A stretch of DNA of 32,592 nucleotides, from NCBI GenBank assembly GCA_016931775.1, contig JAFGEC010000157.1:1-32592 (forward strand), written 5' to 3'. A program made the translations under genes and the position numbers. The stretch is from Candidatus Zhuqueibacterota bacterium (GTDB lineage: Bacteria; Zhuqueibacterota; Zhuqueibacteria; Residuimicrobiales; JAFGEC01). Shown here in pieces: positions 19,337 to 29,072 of this stretch; position 1 is the stretch's first letter; each line of letters opens with the position of its first letter. The notes beneath the pieces are model-generated. The model saw nothing but the letters and a program-made list of their open reading frames with translations. It was not told where the DNA came from and did no database searches.

Positions 19337-19861
19337 TCAGCGACCGTTTTTAATCCGGTTGACAATAAAATCCATCTGCACATCCCGCCCGGCGAGGCGA
19401 TCATCTATGGTCGTTTTTATCATGTGATCCGGTGATATTCCACCGCTTTCATACAGGCCGAAAACCGCCGTTTTATAAACCGATGTGGGTATGGTCAAAA
19501 TAATTCCGGTTTGGGGACATTCAAAATGGCGGCTGTTGTCATTACAAATAAATGTACCGCCCGTTTCCTCGCCAACCAATACACCGATTTGATGTTGCCG
19601 TAATAGTGAGACAAAATGTCCGCTGGTAGAAACATTGCCGCCGTCTATAATAACATATAATTGACCGTGAAATCCCGCCGTCTTGGGTGAAACCGGCGTG
19701 TAAAGAGCCGGAAAACTCACTGAATCGGCCGGCCCCTGAAAATAGGTAAACCCGACGGGCAACAAAAAGGACAACAACTCGCACGCAACCAACGGATGGC
19801 CGCCCTCATTACCGCGCAAATCGATGACCAGATGTCCAATTTGTTGCTCTTGGATTTGCAA
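19337..19861 (-). CDS. S41 (C-terminal processing peptidase) family catalytic-domain protein; divergent, possibly inactive or a pseudogene
   Basis: S41 signatures LVIDLRGNEGG, YVIIDGGNVSTSGHFVSLL, VLVGEETGG and GISPDHMI. The catalytic Lys of the Ser/Lys dyad (the FGKG motif) is replaced in TGGTF. The listed start is TTG. A same-frame signal-peptide ORF (19892-20083, MYRIFSVLLVVALVKGCS...) is separated from it by an in-frame TGA at 19892-19894. No PDZ domain. Confidence 0.5.
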   Translation of the reverse strand: MQIQEQQIGHLVIDLRGNEGGHPLVACELLSFLLPVGFTYFQGPADSVSFPALYTPVSPKTAGFHGQLYVIIDGGNVSTSGHFVSLLRQHQIGVLVGEETGGTFICNDNSRHFECPQTGIILTIPTSVYKTAVFGLYESGGISPDHMIKTTIDDRLAGRDVQMDFIVNRIKNGR

Positions 19862-20142
19862 AAATGTCTGTGAAAAAAAATGTATACACTTTCATAATGC
19901 GTCTCCGAGTGTGTTTTGTGGGATGTGAATATTATCGTCGTAATCGCGATGAAGAACACACCGCTTTTTCGTTTCGGTACGAACAATTCCTGCAGATGGT
20001 GCTCCGGCTTTAAAAACCGGAATTTCAATGGAGCAGCCTTTGACCAAAGCAACGACCAGCAATACTGAAAAAATTCGATACATTTTGAGGATTCCTTCAT
20101 CTGACCTCCCGGAAGTGCTGTGGCACTTCCGGGAGGTGTCTT

Positions 20143-21027
20143 TTATTCATTTTTGTTTTGCTGCGCCAGTGCCGTCAATCCGCCGATAGCGCCCAAATTC
20201 ATGGATTCAAGCGCGGAACTGGGCACAATGATCAGCGATCCTTTTTCTTTCAAGCCTTCAAACAGCATATTCATGCCCCGAAGCTGCAGGGCAATTGGAT
20301 TATTTTGATAGTTTTCACTGGCTTTGGCAAATTTTTCCGAAATTTCCGTCTCCGCCGTTCCAAGGATAACCCGCGCCTGGCGTTCACGCTCTGCCTGAGC
20401 CTGCTTGCTCATAGCCGCCATAAGCGCAGAGGGAATAACGATATCCTTAATACCCACGTTTTGACAGGTGATACCCCACGGATTTGTGTGTTCGTCCAGG
20501 GTGGTCTGCAAAGCCGCGGCAATTTTTTCCCGGTGCTGCAGCAGGTCGGCCAGATCGTGTTGTCCGATAATGTCCCGCAAGCCGGTCTGGGCGATGTAGG
20601 AGACCGCATTGTCGTACTCCTGAACTTCCAGAGCCGCTTTTTCAACATCCCAGACGGTCCAATATACAACAGCGTCCACATTGACCGGTACCGTATCCCT
20701 GGTCAGGGTTTCTTCAGCTTTAAAGTCCGTGACACGCACCCGCTGATCCACATAATTTACAATCCGGTCGATAATCGGAATGATCAAAAATAATCCGGGA
20801 CCCTTGAGCCCGTTGTATTTTCCCATACGCAATACCACTGCCTTTTCCCACTGGTCTGCGATATGGATGGCGGCACTGAAATAGAATGCGAGAAAAACCA
20901 GTGCAACGGTTACGTAAAAACCGGCGAATTTGGTCCAAAAATTTATCACAGCGAGAACAATCAAAATCAGAAAAACAGCAATGGCAATTGGATTCAAACT
21001 ATTTTTAACTTTGACGCTCGTTTTCAT
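20143..21027 (-). CDS. SPFH/band-7 (stomatin/prohibitin-like) membrane protein
   Basis: N-terminal TM region, then the SPFH core ...RVRVTDFKAEETLTRDTVPVNVDAVVYWTVWDVEKAALEV...IAQTGLRDIIGQHDLADLL... and an AQAERERQARV coiled tail. Confidence 0.85.
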   Translation of the reverse strand: MKTSVKVKNSLNPIAIAVFLILIVLAVINFWTKFAGFYVTVALVFLAFYFSAAIHIADQWEKAVVLRMGKYNGLKGPGLFLIIPIIDRIVNYVDQRVRVTDFKAEETLTRDTVPVNVDAVVYWTVWDVEKAALEVQEYDNAVSYIAQTGLRDIIGQHDLADLLQHREKIAAALQTTLDEHTNPWGITCQNVGIKDIVIPSALMAAMSKQAQAERERQARVILGTAETEISEKFAKASENYQNNPIALQLRGMNMLFEGLKEKGSLIIVPSSALESMNLGAIGGLTALAQQNKNE

Positions 21028-21425
21028 TTTTCTCCTCCGACATTTTTGATGGTTTGAATAATTTCATCGGTACTGAAACCGTAGCTAAAGGCGATACTGG
21101 TAAATTCTTTACAGATACTGTCCAGTTTATTCTGCAGTTCTTTTTCAGGTATCTTGATATCAATGTCACTTATGAACGTTCCGGTTCCCTGTTGCGTTTC
21201 CAGGATGTTCTGTATTTCCAGTTCCTTATAGGCCTTTGACACGGTATTCAGATTGACCTTAAGCTGCACGGCGAGCGAGCGAACGGTCGGCAACTGCTCT
21301 CCGGTTTGCAGCTCACCCCGGGCGATTCCGTAACGGATTTGATCGATAATCTGACGGTAAAACGGCACGCCGCTTTTAGGATCAAGTTTAAAGTCTATCA
21401 AAGCGCCTCCTGTTGTTTCCAACAT
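21024..21425 (-). CDS. Short GntR-family transcriptional regulator (YtrA-like subfamily)
   Basis: 133 aa with a winged HTH: GEQLPTVRSLAVQLKVNLNTVSKAYKELE. The short C-terminal extension is typical of the YtrA subfamily. Overlaps the SPFH gene by 4 nt. Confidence 0.85.
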   Translation of the reverse strand: MLETTGGALIDFKLDPKSGVPFYRQIIDQIRYGIARGELQTGEQLPTVRSLAVQLKVNLNTVSKAYKELEIQNILETQQGTGTFISDIDIKIPEKELQNKLDSICKEFTSIAFSYGFSTDEIIQTIKNVGGEK

Positions 21426-21435
21426 CTAATTGAAT

Positions 21436-21459
21436 ATTGTACTATTTAATTAGTACAAT
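21436..21459. promoter_or_regulatory. Perfect 9-6-9 inverted repeat ATTGTACTA-N6-TAGTACAAT; putative GntR-type operator
   Basis: Read directly from the sequence, 11 nt upstream of the GntR start codon. The half-site TTGTAC/GTACAA resembles GntR/AraR-type boxes. Confidence 0.4.
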
Positions 21460-21642
21460 AGAAATATAAAACATTATAAAGTATTTGTCAAGTGTTTTTT
21501 TATTTATTACGTTTTTTCACATGACACAGAAAATTTATCACGTTCCGTATTGGTAACATAAAAAGTATCCAACATTTCTATCATTCAAGATTAAAAAACA
21601 ACTTGACAATCTAAAATTTTTTTTGTAGACTTTTAAAATAAA

Positions 21643-21693
21643 TGGTATATACCAGTATACAAATAATCAATAAATGGTATAAAAATTATACCA
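21643..21693. promoter_or_regulatory. Two related palindromes, TGGTATATACCA (21643-21654) and TGGTATA-N5-TATACCA (21675-21693); putative operator pair for the sugar-locus regulator
   Basis: Perfect palindromes with the GntR-like t.GT...AC.a architecture. They lie just downstream of a TTGACA-N17-TAGACT promoter-like element (21603-21631) facing the GH99-like gene. Confidence 0.35.
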
Positions 21694-21864
21694 CTTTTAA
21701 AAATCGCCGATTAACAAGTGAGATGATGCCTAAAAGCCGTCGCATGATATTGGTCCTTACGTTTATCTGAAAACACTCTCCGGCAGGATGACGGAAAGCA
21801 ACAAATATCCGGTTTATGTTAAAAGAGTAAATCACTCATTTATTTAATTAATGTAAAGGAGCAC

Positions 21865-23055
21865 ATGATGAGTTCTCCAATTAAATCAAAATACCGTTTC
21901 GCTTGCATGTCACTTTACATTTTCCTTCTTCTTTTTCTGACAAACTGTCATAAAAAAATAACAAATTCGAATACCGAAAACACCCTCTCGGCGAACTATT
22001 CCTTAACGGATAGCAAACTTGTCGTTGGAACGTGCTACTATCCGTGGTATACGGGCGGACAGCACTGGAATTCAACATATATGCGCGATAAATTAAATCC
22101 ACCACAGCCACCATTTTTGGGTGAATATGACTGCGCCTCTTCCGGAATTATTTCTCAGCATGTCAAATGGTGCGTCAATTCAAAAATTGATTTTTGGATT
22201 TCAAGCTGGTGGGGACCGGCCTCAAGCACGGATGAGGTCATTTTAGCCCATCATTTGAGAAATAAAGATTTTGTGAATAACATGGGATATTGTCTGTTAT
22301 ACGAGACGACCGGCCGGCTTGGTAGCCTGCCGATCCAGGTCAATGACGAAAAAATTCACCGGTTCCTGACAGATCTTGAATATCTGATCGAGACTCATTT
22401 TATTCAATCCAATTACATGAAAATCGATAACCAGCCGGTCCTCTATTTGTATCTTACCAGGACTTTGAACGGCAATTATCGCGAGCTTTTTAGCGCCGCC
22501 GACTCACTGCTCGTTCGGCACGGCTATAATGGACTATTTATTGTGGGTGACGAGGTGTATTGGCACAGACCTGATAAATCCAGAGCACAATACATGGATG
22601 CGATCACGTGTTATAATCCTCATACAAGTGTTGACTGGGTTACGGATGCTGAAAAATTTGTCGTTCGCACAGAATCTGAAATGTACACACCATGGATGGA
22701 ACTGGCAAACGAAATGGCTAAATCCTTCTGGGTCGATGTTCTTCCCGGTTTTAATGATCTGGGAGTAAGAAAAGAAGCCCAACATCCTGTGATAGAGAGA
22801 AAAAACGGTGAAATTTTCGAAAAAATGCTCGTCGTGGCGGATTCAATTTTATCCATGCAGTCAATACCTTTAAAAGTGCTTGTCATTACATCATTTAATG
22901 AATGGCACGAAGACACTCAAATTGAACCGACTGTTGTTACAACTGAAATGGTGAAAGAACCGGTGGAATACACGGATGGTTTTGGCTATATCGGCTACGG
23001 CACAAAATACCTTGATGCTGTAAAAAATTTTACTCGATTTTTCACCGGTCACTAA
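21865..23055 (+). CDS. Secreted GH99-like glycoside hydrolase (endo-alpha-mannosidase-like family)
   Basis: Signal peptide, then GTCYYPWYTGGQHWN...NPPQPPFLGEYD...VI.QHVKW...KIDFWISSWWGP. This parallels the GH99 N-terminal pattern (YY.WYG...HWNHP...NPP...G.Y...D..VI..H...IGV.ALSWYPP) recalled from memory. Confidence 0.6.
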   Translation: MMSSPIKSKYRFACMSLYIFLLLFLTNCHKKITNSNTENTLSANYSLTDSKLVVGTCYYPWYTGGQHWNSTYMRDKLNPPQPPFLGEYDCASSGIISQHVKWCVNSKIDFWISSWWGPASSTDEVILAHHLRNKDFVNNMGYCLLYETTGRLGSLPIQVNDEKIHRFLTDLEYLIETHFIQSNYMKIDNQPVLYLYLTRTLNGNYRELFSAADSLLVRHGYNGLFIVGDEVYWHRPDKSRAQYMDAITCYNPHTSVDWVTDAEKFVVRTESEMYTPWMELANEMAKSFWVDVLPGFNDLGVRKEAQHPVIERKNGEIFEKMLVVADSILSMQSIPLKVLVITSFNEWHEDTQIEPTVVTTEMVKEPVEYTDGFGYIGYGTKYLDAVKNFTRFFTGH

Positions 23056-23086
23056 TACGGTTCGATTCATTCAAAAGGTCCAATTT

Positions 23087-24193
23087 ATGATTGATAAAAA
23101 CAGTCCCCTGCCACTTTACTATCAAATCAAGGATGATATTTTTCACGATATCGAAATTGGGAAGTATCGTCCCGGTGAAAAGCTTCCTGCTGAACGTATC
23201 TTGGCTGAAAAGTACGGTGTTACAAGAATGACCATCAGGCAGGCAATAAAAAATCTTGTCGAACGGGGTATATTAACGGTACGGCATGGTTCAGGTACGT
23301 ATATTTCAAATCAAAAACCAGCCGGGATGGAATCCGGAAATAAAATTATCGGAGTTATGGTACCGGATATTCAACGCGGTATTATGACTGATCTCATCCG
23401 TGGCATTGAGGATGAGGCGATTGCCGGCGGTTACAATACAATTTTATGCAATACGGATAATATCTGGGAAAAAGCCCATGTTTACGTCAACCAGCTGCTG
23501 ACAAATGGCGTAAAAGGCGCCATTTATATTCCGATTCAGGATATTGAAAACGGCAATAAAAAAGAAGAAAAAAATTTGGACATTATCCAAAAATTTTTCG
23601 ACAACAACATTCCGGTTATGCTGGTGGACCATGAATGTATAAAAATGACCACGGATTTGGTCGTCAGTGACAATTTTGGCGGGGGATATGAGATGACTCA
23701 GTACCTCATAAAAATGGGACACCGACGGATTGCCGTGATTTATGATTTTGAAGAAACAAGCATTCTGGATCGAATTTCAGGATACAAAATCGCGTTGCGG
23801 GATAATAATATCGAATTTGATCCCTCCCTGATTCAAAAAATCAAGGAATACGGTTTTACGGACTCTTTTTCAAAACTTGTACAATTGATCATTCACGAGT
23901 ATAAAGCCACAGCAATTTTTGCGATGAACGATCTTTTGGCTGCCGATGTGTATTATCATGCCGATAGATTAAAGATCAATATCCCAAAAGATGTTTCCGT
24001 AGCCGGATATGATGATCTTCCTTTTTCCGAAAGACTCAAAACACCGTTAACGACGATACATCAGCCTTTATATCAAATGGGAAGAGAAAGCTTTAAACTG
24101 TTAATGGAACGTTTACAAAAACCAAAAGACCCGTTCAAAAAAATTATTTTGCCGAACCAGCTGATCATCAGGAAATCCGTTAAAAAATTATAA
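23087..24193 (+). CDS. AraR-like hybrid regulator: GntR-type HTH fused to a LacI/GalR-type periplasmic-binding-protein-fold sugar-binding domain
   Basis: The N-terminus LPLYYQIKDDI...GEKLPAERILAEKYGVTRMTIRQAIKNLVERGIL is a GntR HTH. The C-terminus IGVMVPDIQRGIMTDLIRGIEDEA...ILCNTDN...VSVAGYDDLPFS has Peripla_BP_1/3 character. Same architecture as Bacillus AraR. Confidence 0.8.
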   Translation: MIDKNSPLPLYYQIKDDIFHDIEIGKYRPGEKLPAERILAEKYGVTRMTIRQAIKNLVERGILTVRHGSGTYISNQKPAGMESGNKIIGVMVPDIQRGIMTDLIRGIEDEAIAGGYNTILCNTDNIWEKAHVYVNQLLTNGVKGAIYIPIQDIENGNKKEEKNLDIIQKFFDNNIPVMLVDHECIKMTTDLVVSDNFGGGYEMTQYLIKMGHRRIAVIYDFEETSILDRISGYKIALRDNNIEFDPSLIQKIKEYGFTDSFSKLVQLIIHEYKATAIFAMNDLLAADVYYHADRLKINIPKDVSVAGYDDLPFSERLKTPLTTIHQPLYQMGRESFKLLMERLQKPKDPFKKIILPNQLIIRKSVKKL

Positions 24194-24275
24194 CATACAA
24201 TGATTGGGCGCATTCAAATTCCCCCACGACCATTGTAAAAATGACGGAATCGATCGTAAAGAAACGATTAAAAAG

Positions 24276-26015
24276 ATGAACCTAATTGATTATTTAATTA
24301 TCGTTATTTACTTATTTTCACTTGTTTTCTGTGGATTTTATTTCCGAAAGAGGGCCGGGAAAAATATAAACGATTACTTCCTCGGAGGGCGTAAAATCCC
24401 CTGGTGGATTCTGGGGGCATCCGGCATGGCCTCAAATCTCGACATGACCGGAACCATGCTGATTACCTCGTTTTTTTATATCATCGGCGTAAAGGGTTTT
24501 TTAATCGAAATCCGCGGCGGTGTTGTTCTCGTTATGGCGTTTATGATGGTTTTTGTCGGCAAATGGCACAGCCGCTCCGGCGTAATGACTGTTGCGGAAT
24601 GGATGGAGTTCCGTTTTGGGAGCGGAACGCAGGGAGAAGCCGCCCGTCTGTTAAGTGCAATCTCTATTTTAATCGGCACAATAGGTGTTATCGGTTATTT
24701 TTTTGTCGGTGCCGGAAAATTCTTATCTACTTTTCTGCCATTTTCTCCCACTGTTTGCGCACTCGTTATGATATCGGTTGCACTTTTTTACACTACCCTG
24801 AGCGGTTTATTAGGCGTTGTTTACACTGACTTGCTGCAGGCGGTTCTTATCGGTTTTGCGGCACTTTTTATATCCATCAGGGCGTTTACGAGTTTGAATT
24901 ATGATACAATCCAAGCGATCACACCAAAAGGATGGAGTGATATTGTTCCATCCTGGCGAATAACTCTGCCTGCCTACTATAAAATGTATAATCTTTTTGG
25001 GATTTCCGTCATTTTTTTCTTTTTAAAAACCATCATAGAAGGATTAGGCGCCCCTGGCGGTTATATGGCTCAACGCTATTTCGCAGCAAAAAACGACCGT
25101 GACAGCGGATTACTGTCAGCCCTCTGGATTTTTTTGCTTTCTTTCAGATGGCCGTTTATTATCGGTATTGCAATCCTGGGGTTGAACCTGGGTGCCAAAG
25201 TGCCGGAACCGGAGAAGGTGCTTCCCACCGTTCTTATTCACACAGTACCGATCGGTTTAAGAGGATTGATTTTTGCAGCGCTGATCGCTGCGGCAATGTC
25301 AACATTCGACTCTACCATTAATGCTGCGGCTTCTTATCTCGTAAACGATATTTATTCCAAATATATCAGAAAAGATGCAACAGGAAAACAATTGGTTCGC
25401 GCCGGCTATTTCTCATCCGTGTTGATTGTCGTGTTGGGCGTTTCCATCGGCGTTGTTACACCCTCGATCAACTCTATTTGGGGTTGGATTACCATGAGTC
25501 TTGTCGCCGGTATGATTATGCCCAATTTTCTGCGCTGGTACTGGTGGCGGTTTAACGGATACGGATTTGCATATGGTACCGGTATTGGAATAATTGCAGC
25601 GGTCGTACAGAAACTTGCCTTTTCGGACCTGCATGAATGGTTAGCTTTTGTAGCTGTAGGTTCCGTTTCATTAATTGGTATGATTGTGACGACCTTTTTG
25701 ACGGATCCCACAGAAAAAAAGGTTCTGGTAAATTTCTATATCAAAACCCGACCCATTGGATTCTGGGGAAAAGTTTCGAAAAACCTGAATCCTAATATTG
25801 TCCGCCTTGTGAAACGTGAAAATAAAAGAGATATTATTGCGCTGCTCTTTGCAATACCCTGGCAAATTTCAATATTCCTGACGCCTGTCTTTTTTGTTAT
25901 TCATAATTGGATAAATTTTTGGGTGTTCATGTCCATTGCGATAATGACCTCTACAGGACTTTATTTCAGCTGGTTCAAATTTCTGATAAAAGAAAATCCT
26001 ATTAATAAAAATTAA
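24276..26015 (+). CDS. Sodium:solute symporter (SSS family) sugar transporter
   Basis: About 13 TM helices; GxxxPWWILGASGMASNLDMTGTM and other SSS-type segments. The start is chosen at the Met of MNLIDYLIIVIYLFSLV; the listed ORF begins 72 nt earlier with a non-hydrophobic leader. Confidence 0.85.
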   Translation: MNLIDYLIIVIYLFSLVFCGFYFRKRAGKNINDYFLGGRKIPWWILGASGMASNLDMTGTMLITSFFYIIGVKGFLIEIRGGVVLVMAFMMVFVGKWHSRSGVMTVAEWMEFRFGSGTQGEAARLLSAISILIGTIGVIGYFFVGAGKFLSTFLPFSPTVCALVMISVALFYTTLSGLLGVVYTDLLQAVLIGFAALFISIRAFTSLNYDTIQAITPKGWSDIVPSWRITLPAYYKMYNLFGISVIFFFLKTIIEGLGAPGGYMAQRYFAAKNDRDSGLLSALWIFLLSFRWPFIIGIAILGLNLGAKVPEPEKVLPTVLIHTVPIGLRGLIFAALIAAAMSTFDSTINAAASYLVNDIYSKYIRKDATGKQLVRAGYFSSVLIVVLGVSIGVVTPSINSIWGWITMSLVAGMIMPNFLRWYWWRFNGYGFAYGTGIGIIAAVVQKLAFSDLHEWLAFVAVGSVSLIGMIVTTFLTDPTEKKVLVNFYIKTRPIGFWGKVSKNLNPNIVRLVKRENKRDIIALLFAIPWQISIFLTPVFFVIHNWINFWVFMSIAIMTSTGLYFSWFKFLIKENPINKN

Positions 26016-26029
26016 GGAAAAACAATCCC

Positions 26030-27751
26030 ATGGAAACAACATTTTTTATCCCCCCAAAATGGTTTCGAAACCAACAACCATCCAAATTTTCTTTACGTTG
26101 CATTATGGTTCTTGTTTTCCTTTCTGCCAATTGTTATGCCCAAAATCCTGTCATCAGACATATGTTCACGGCAGATCCGTCCGCTCATGTTTGGAATGAC
26201 GGCAGACTTTACGTCTATCCATCCCACGATATTGCACCTCCCAGAGGGTGTGATCTGATGGACCGGTACCACGTTTTTTCAACCGAAAATATGATCGAAT
26301 GGACCGATCACGGTGAAATCCTGAATTCCGGCCAGGTCTCCTGGGGCAGGCCGGAGGGTGGATTTATGTGGGCGCCGGATTGTGCATTCAAAAACGGAAC
26401 CTATTATTTTTATTTCCCCCATCCAAGTGAAACCGAGTGGAATCGCTCCTGGAAAACCGGCGTGGCAACCAGTTCCAAACCGGCAAGCGATTTTACCGTT
26501 CAGGGATATATTCCCGGTCTGGAATCGTTTATTGATCCGTGTGTTTTCACCGATGATGACGGGCAGGCGTACTTTTATTATGGCGGGGGTGGTGTTTGCA
26601 AGGGTGGGCGGCTCAAAGACAATATGATGGAGATTGACGGTGAGATGCAGGAGATGAAAGGATTGATTGACTTTCATGAGGCGGCATGGGTACACAAAAG
26701 AAACAACATCTACTACCTGTCGTATTCCGATAATCACGACGTGGGTAATTCCCATAACCGTATGAGGTACGCAACCAGTGATTTTCCATTAGGACCGTGG
26801 AAACACCGCGGCATATATATGGATCCGACAGACAGCTATACAAATCATGGTTCGATCATCGAATACAAAGGCCAATGGTATGCCTTTTATCATAACAGTG
26901 CTCTTTCCAATCACGATTGGTTAAGATCCATCTGTGTCGACTCTTTGTTTTATGATGACGGCGGTAGTATTCAAAAAGTCATTCAGACACGAGGACATGG
27001 CACACCATATGGCGGAAGACCTCGTGAAATTCCGGGTACGATAGAGGCGGAGGATTATGATTCCGGCGGACAGGCGTTCGCCTACAGCGATAGTGATACA
27101 ACCAATAATGGTGGTGCATATCGTCTTGGGGAAGGGGTCGATATTGAGACCTGCAGCGCCGGTGGCTTCAATGTGGGCTGGACGAATGCAGGCGAATGGC
27201 TTGAATATACTATTCACGTTAAAAATACCGGTGATTATGATGTTATTGTACATGTTGCATCTCCCGAAGGAGGCAGCATTCATCTTAGCCTTGATGGTGA
27301 GGACATAACAGGTTCAATGACTATTCCTGCGACGGGTGGCTGGCAAAATTGGCAAACAATCTCAAAAACAAAAGTTCCTTTCAAAGCAGGCAAACATATT
27401 TTACAACTTTACGAGGAAACCGGCGGATTTAATATCGACAAAATTGTGACACAACACGTCTCGCATGTACCGGACAAAAGTAAAAAGGATAACAATCAAT
27501 ATGGTTTTCAGGTCTATCCGAATCCGGCCGTATTTTCGTTCAAGGTAAAGTATCAAACCAATCTCCTCACACCGGTTAAATTTGAAATTTACGATCTTTT
27601 GGGAAGACTCGTCCATTCGGTGAACGAAACCTCAACAGCAGGTATCAATCAGACGGAAATCAACATCGGTAACCTGACATCCGGTCATTATTTTATTAAA
27701 TTGACCAGTGATTCCATGATTAAAACAGAGAGAGTCATGGTGGTCAAGTAG
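26030..27751 (+). CDS. GH43-family glycoside hydrolase (beta-xylosidase/alpha-L-arabinofuranosidase type) with a CBM6-like module and a T9SS C-terminal sorting domain
   Basis: GH43 N-terminus NPVIRHMFTADPSAHVWNDGRLYVYPSHD. CBM6-like module EIPGTIEAEDYDSGG...GGWQNWQTI. T9SS tail ...KFEIYDLLGRLVHSV...GHYFIKLTSD. The signal peptide ends NCYA-Q. Confidence 0.85.
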   Translation: METTFFIPPKWFRNQQPSKFSLRCIMVLVFLSANCYAQNPVIRHMFTADPSAHVWNDGRLYVYPSHDIAPPRGCDLMDRYHVFSTENMIEWTDHGEILNSGQVSWGRPEGGFMWAPDCAFKNGTYYFYFPHPSETEWNRSWKTGVATSSKPASDFTVQGYIPGLESFIDPCVFTDDDGQAYFYYGGGGVCKGGRLKDNMMEIDGEMQEMKGLIDFHEAAWVHKRNNIYYLSYSDNHDVGNSHNRMRYATSDFPLGPWKHRGIYMDPTDSYTNHGSIIEYKGQWYAFYHNSALSNHDWLRSICVDSLFYDDGGSIQKVIQTRGHGTPYGGRPREIPGTIEAEDYDSGGQAFAYSDSDTTNNGGAYRLGEGVDIETCSAGGFNVGWTNAGEWLEYTIHVKNTGDYDVIVHVASPEGGSIHLSLDGEDITGSMTIPATGGWQNWQTISKTKVPFKAGKHILQLYEETGGFNIDKIVTQHVSHVPDKSKKDNNQYGFQVYPNPAVFSFKVKYQTNLLTPVKFEIYDLLGRLVHSVNETSTAGINQTEINIGNLTSGHYFIKLTSDSMIKTERVMVVK

Positions 27752-27821
27752 CATTCACGTACCTTTTGTGATCAATATAATTTTCGTCTCAAAAACAATC
27801 AAGTATTACAGGAATTTAAAA

Positions 27822-29057
27822 ATGATGAACAAACTTTTTTCATTGGCATTGATATTTTGCATGGGATGTGCAACAAATCCGTCTGCCGATTACCACTTTA
27901 ACGAAAAAATATCACGGGAGGTTTTGGAAAACTATCTTGAACGTTCCGTTACCATGGCATATTTTCTCGTTACAGGACAGTCTGAGGGCAACAGGGAATA
28001 TCCATACAGAGAAGATGATATCCGTCTCATAAAAAATATCGGTGCAAAATTTATCGGACGTGCCATTTACCGGTGGGGAGGTGAAAGCCGGTTAAACGAT
28101 CCGGCCTTCTGGAGCAGTGCCAAAGCACTTATTGATACCCTCCATGCATTCGATCCTGATATTATTTTTCAGGGATGTCTGTTCGAAATTATTACTAAAG
28201 ATGTAAATAAAGTAAAGATTCCGGTCTGGATCTTTAACGATTTAAATCTTCCTGAGGAGGACAGAACGTTTGCTTACGAAGCCATGCTCAACAAGGATGG
28301 AAAATTTGTTAACCACTGGGGCAGAGGCAGCGTCCCGGATATTTCAAGATTTGAAACACAGCTCTGGTTTTACTTTCTTGCAGGTGTATACATTAAAATC
28401 GGCTGCGAAGCACTCCACCTGGGACAGGTCGAACTCATCGGTATGGCCGATCCGGATCTCGAACACTGGACTGCTGTTCTGGATAAAATTCGTGCCTTTG
28501 CGAAACGAAATGCCAGAAGGAAAATGGTCTTACTCGACGCACATGTACCGAGATGGGGAATGATCGTCGATTGCGCAAGTCTCATCGATTTCAACTCATT
28601 CTCCTTGCGTATCAAGGAAATTCCGGATGAACCTTTTAAAGCCGAACTGAAAGTCGGTTATCTGGATGCTATTTTCAAAAAAAGTAAAGGCTGCGTTTCA
28701 CCGAGTGGATGGCGCTGTAAAAGTTTACCCTATCTGGTGGAATTTGACAATTATGGAAAAAGCCGCACGGTGGATATTGCCGATACCACATCTATTTTTA
28801 TTTGGGGGTATGATGAGATATCATGGTTTTCACTACAGGAGGAGAATCATAGGAATGAATGGCTGATTTATGCATACAACTGGTTGAAAGAAACAGATCC
28901 ATACGGTCACCTTCAAATGCCGGTGAGCAGGATGATAACCTGCCCAAATGAAACTTTTGGCAGTTACCGCGCAAATACGAAAAGTCAGGATTGTCCGATC
29001 GGATATTCTCAGGAAGAGACAATAAAAAAAATCTGGAATAACAATATCAAACCCTAA
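27822..29057 (+). CDS. Probable lipoprotein of unknown function in the glycan locus
   Basis: MMNKLFSLALIFCMGC is a lipoprotein-like signal with a Cys. Body about 410 aa with no motif recognised. Confidence 0.55.
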   Translation: MMNKLFSLALIFCMGCATNPSADYHFNEKISREVLENYLERSVTMAYFLVTGQSEGNREYPYREDDIRLIKNIGAKFIGRAIYRWGGESRLNDPAFWSSAKALIDTLHAFDPDIIFQGCLFEIITKDVNKVKIPVWIFNDLNLPEEDRTFAYEAMLNKDGKFVNHWGRGSVPDISRFETQLWFYFLAGVYIKIGCEALHLGQVELIGMADPDLEHWTAVLDKIRAFAKRNARRKMVLLDAHVPRWGMIVDCASLIDFNSFSLRIKEIPDEPFKAELKVGYLDAIFKKSKGCVSPSGWRCKSLPYLVEFDNYGKSRTVDIADTTSIFIWGYDEISWFSLQEENHRNEWLIYAYNWLKETDPYGHLQMPVSRMITCPNETFGSYRANTKSQDCPIGYSQEETIKKIWNNNIKP

Positions 29058-29072
29058 TACAGGAAAATCAAA

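Noticed and set aside
19892-19894. In-frame TGA in the S41-like gene as evidence of UGA recoding (genetic code 25) or selenocysteine
   Set aside because: TGA terminates well-supported genes in the same window, for example the GAF-PP2C at 12406-12408. No SECIS-like context is evident.
19717-20100. 127-aa ORF 19717-20100(-) overlapping the S41-like region
   Set aside because: Out of frame with the S41 domain and the signal-peptide ORF. Cys/Arg-rich, implausible composition.
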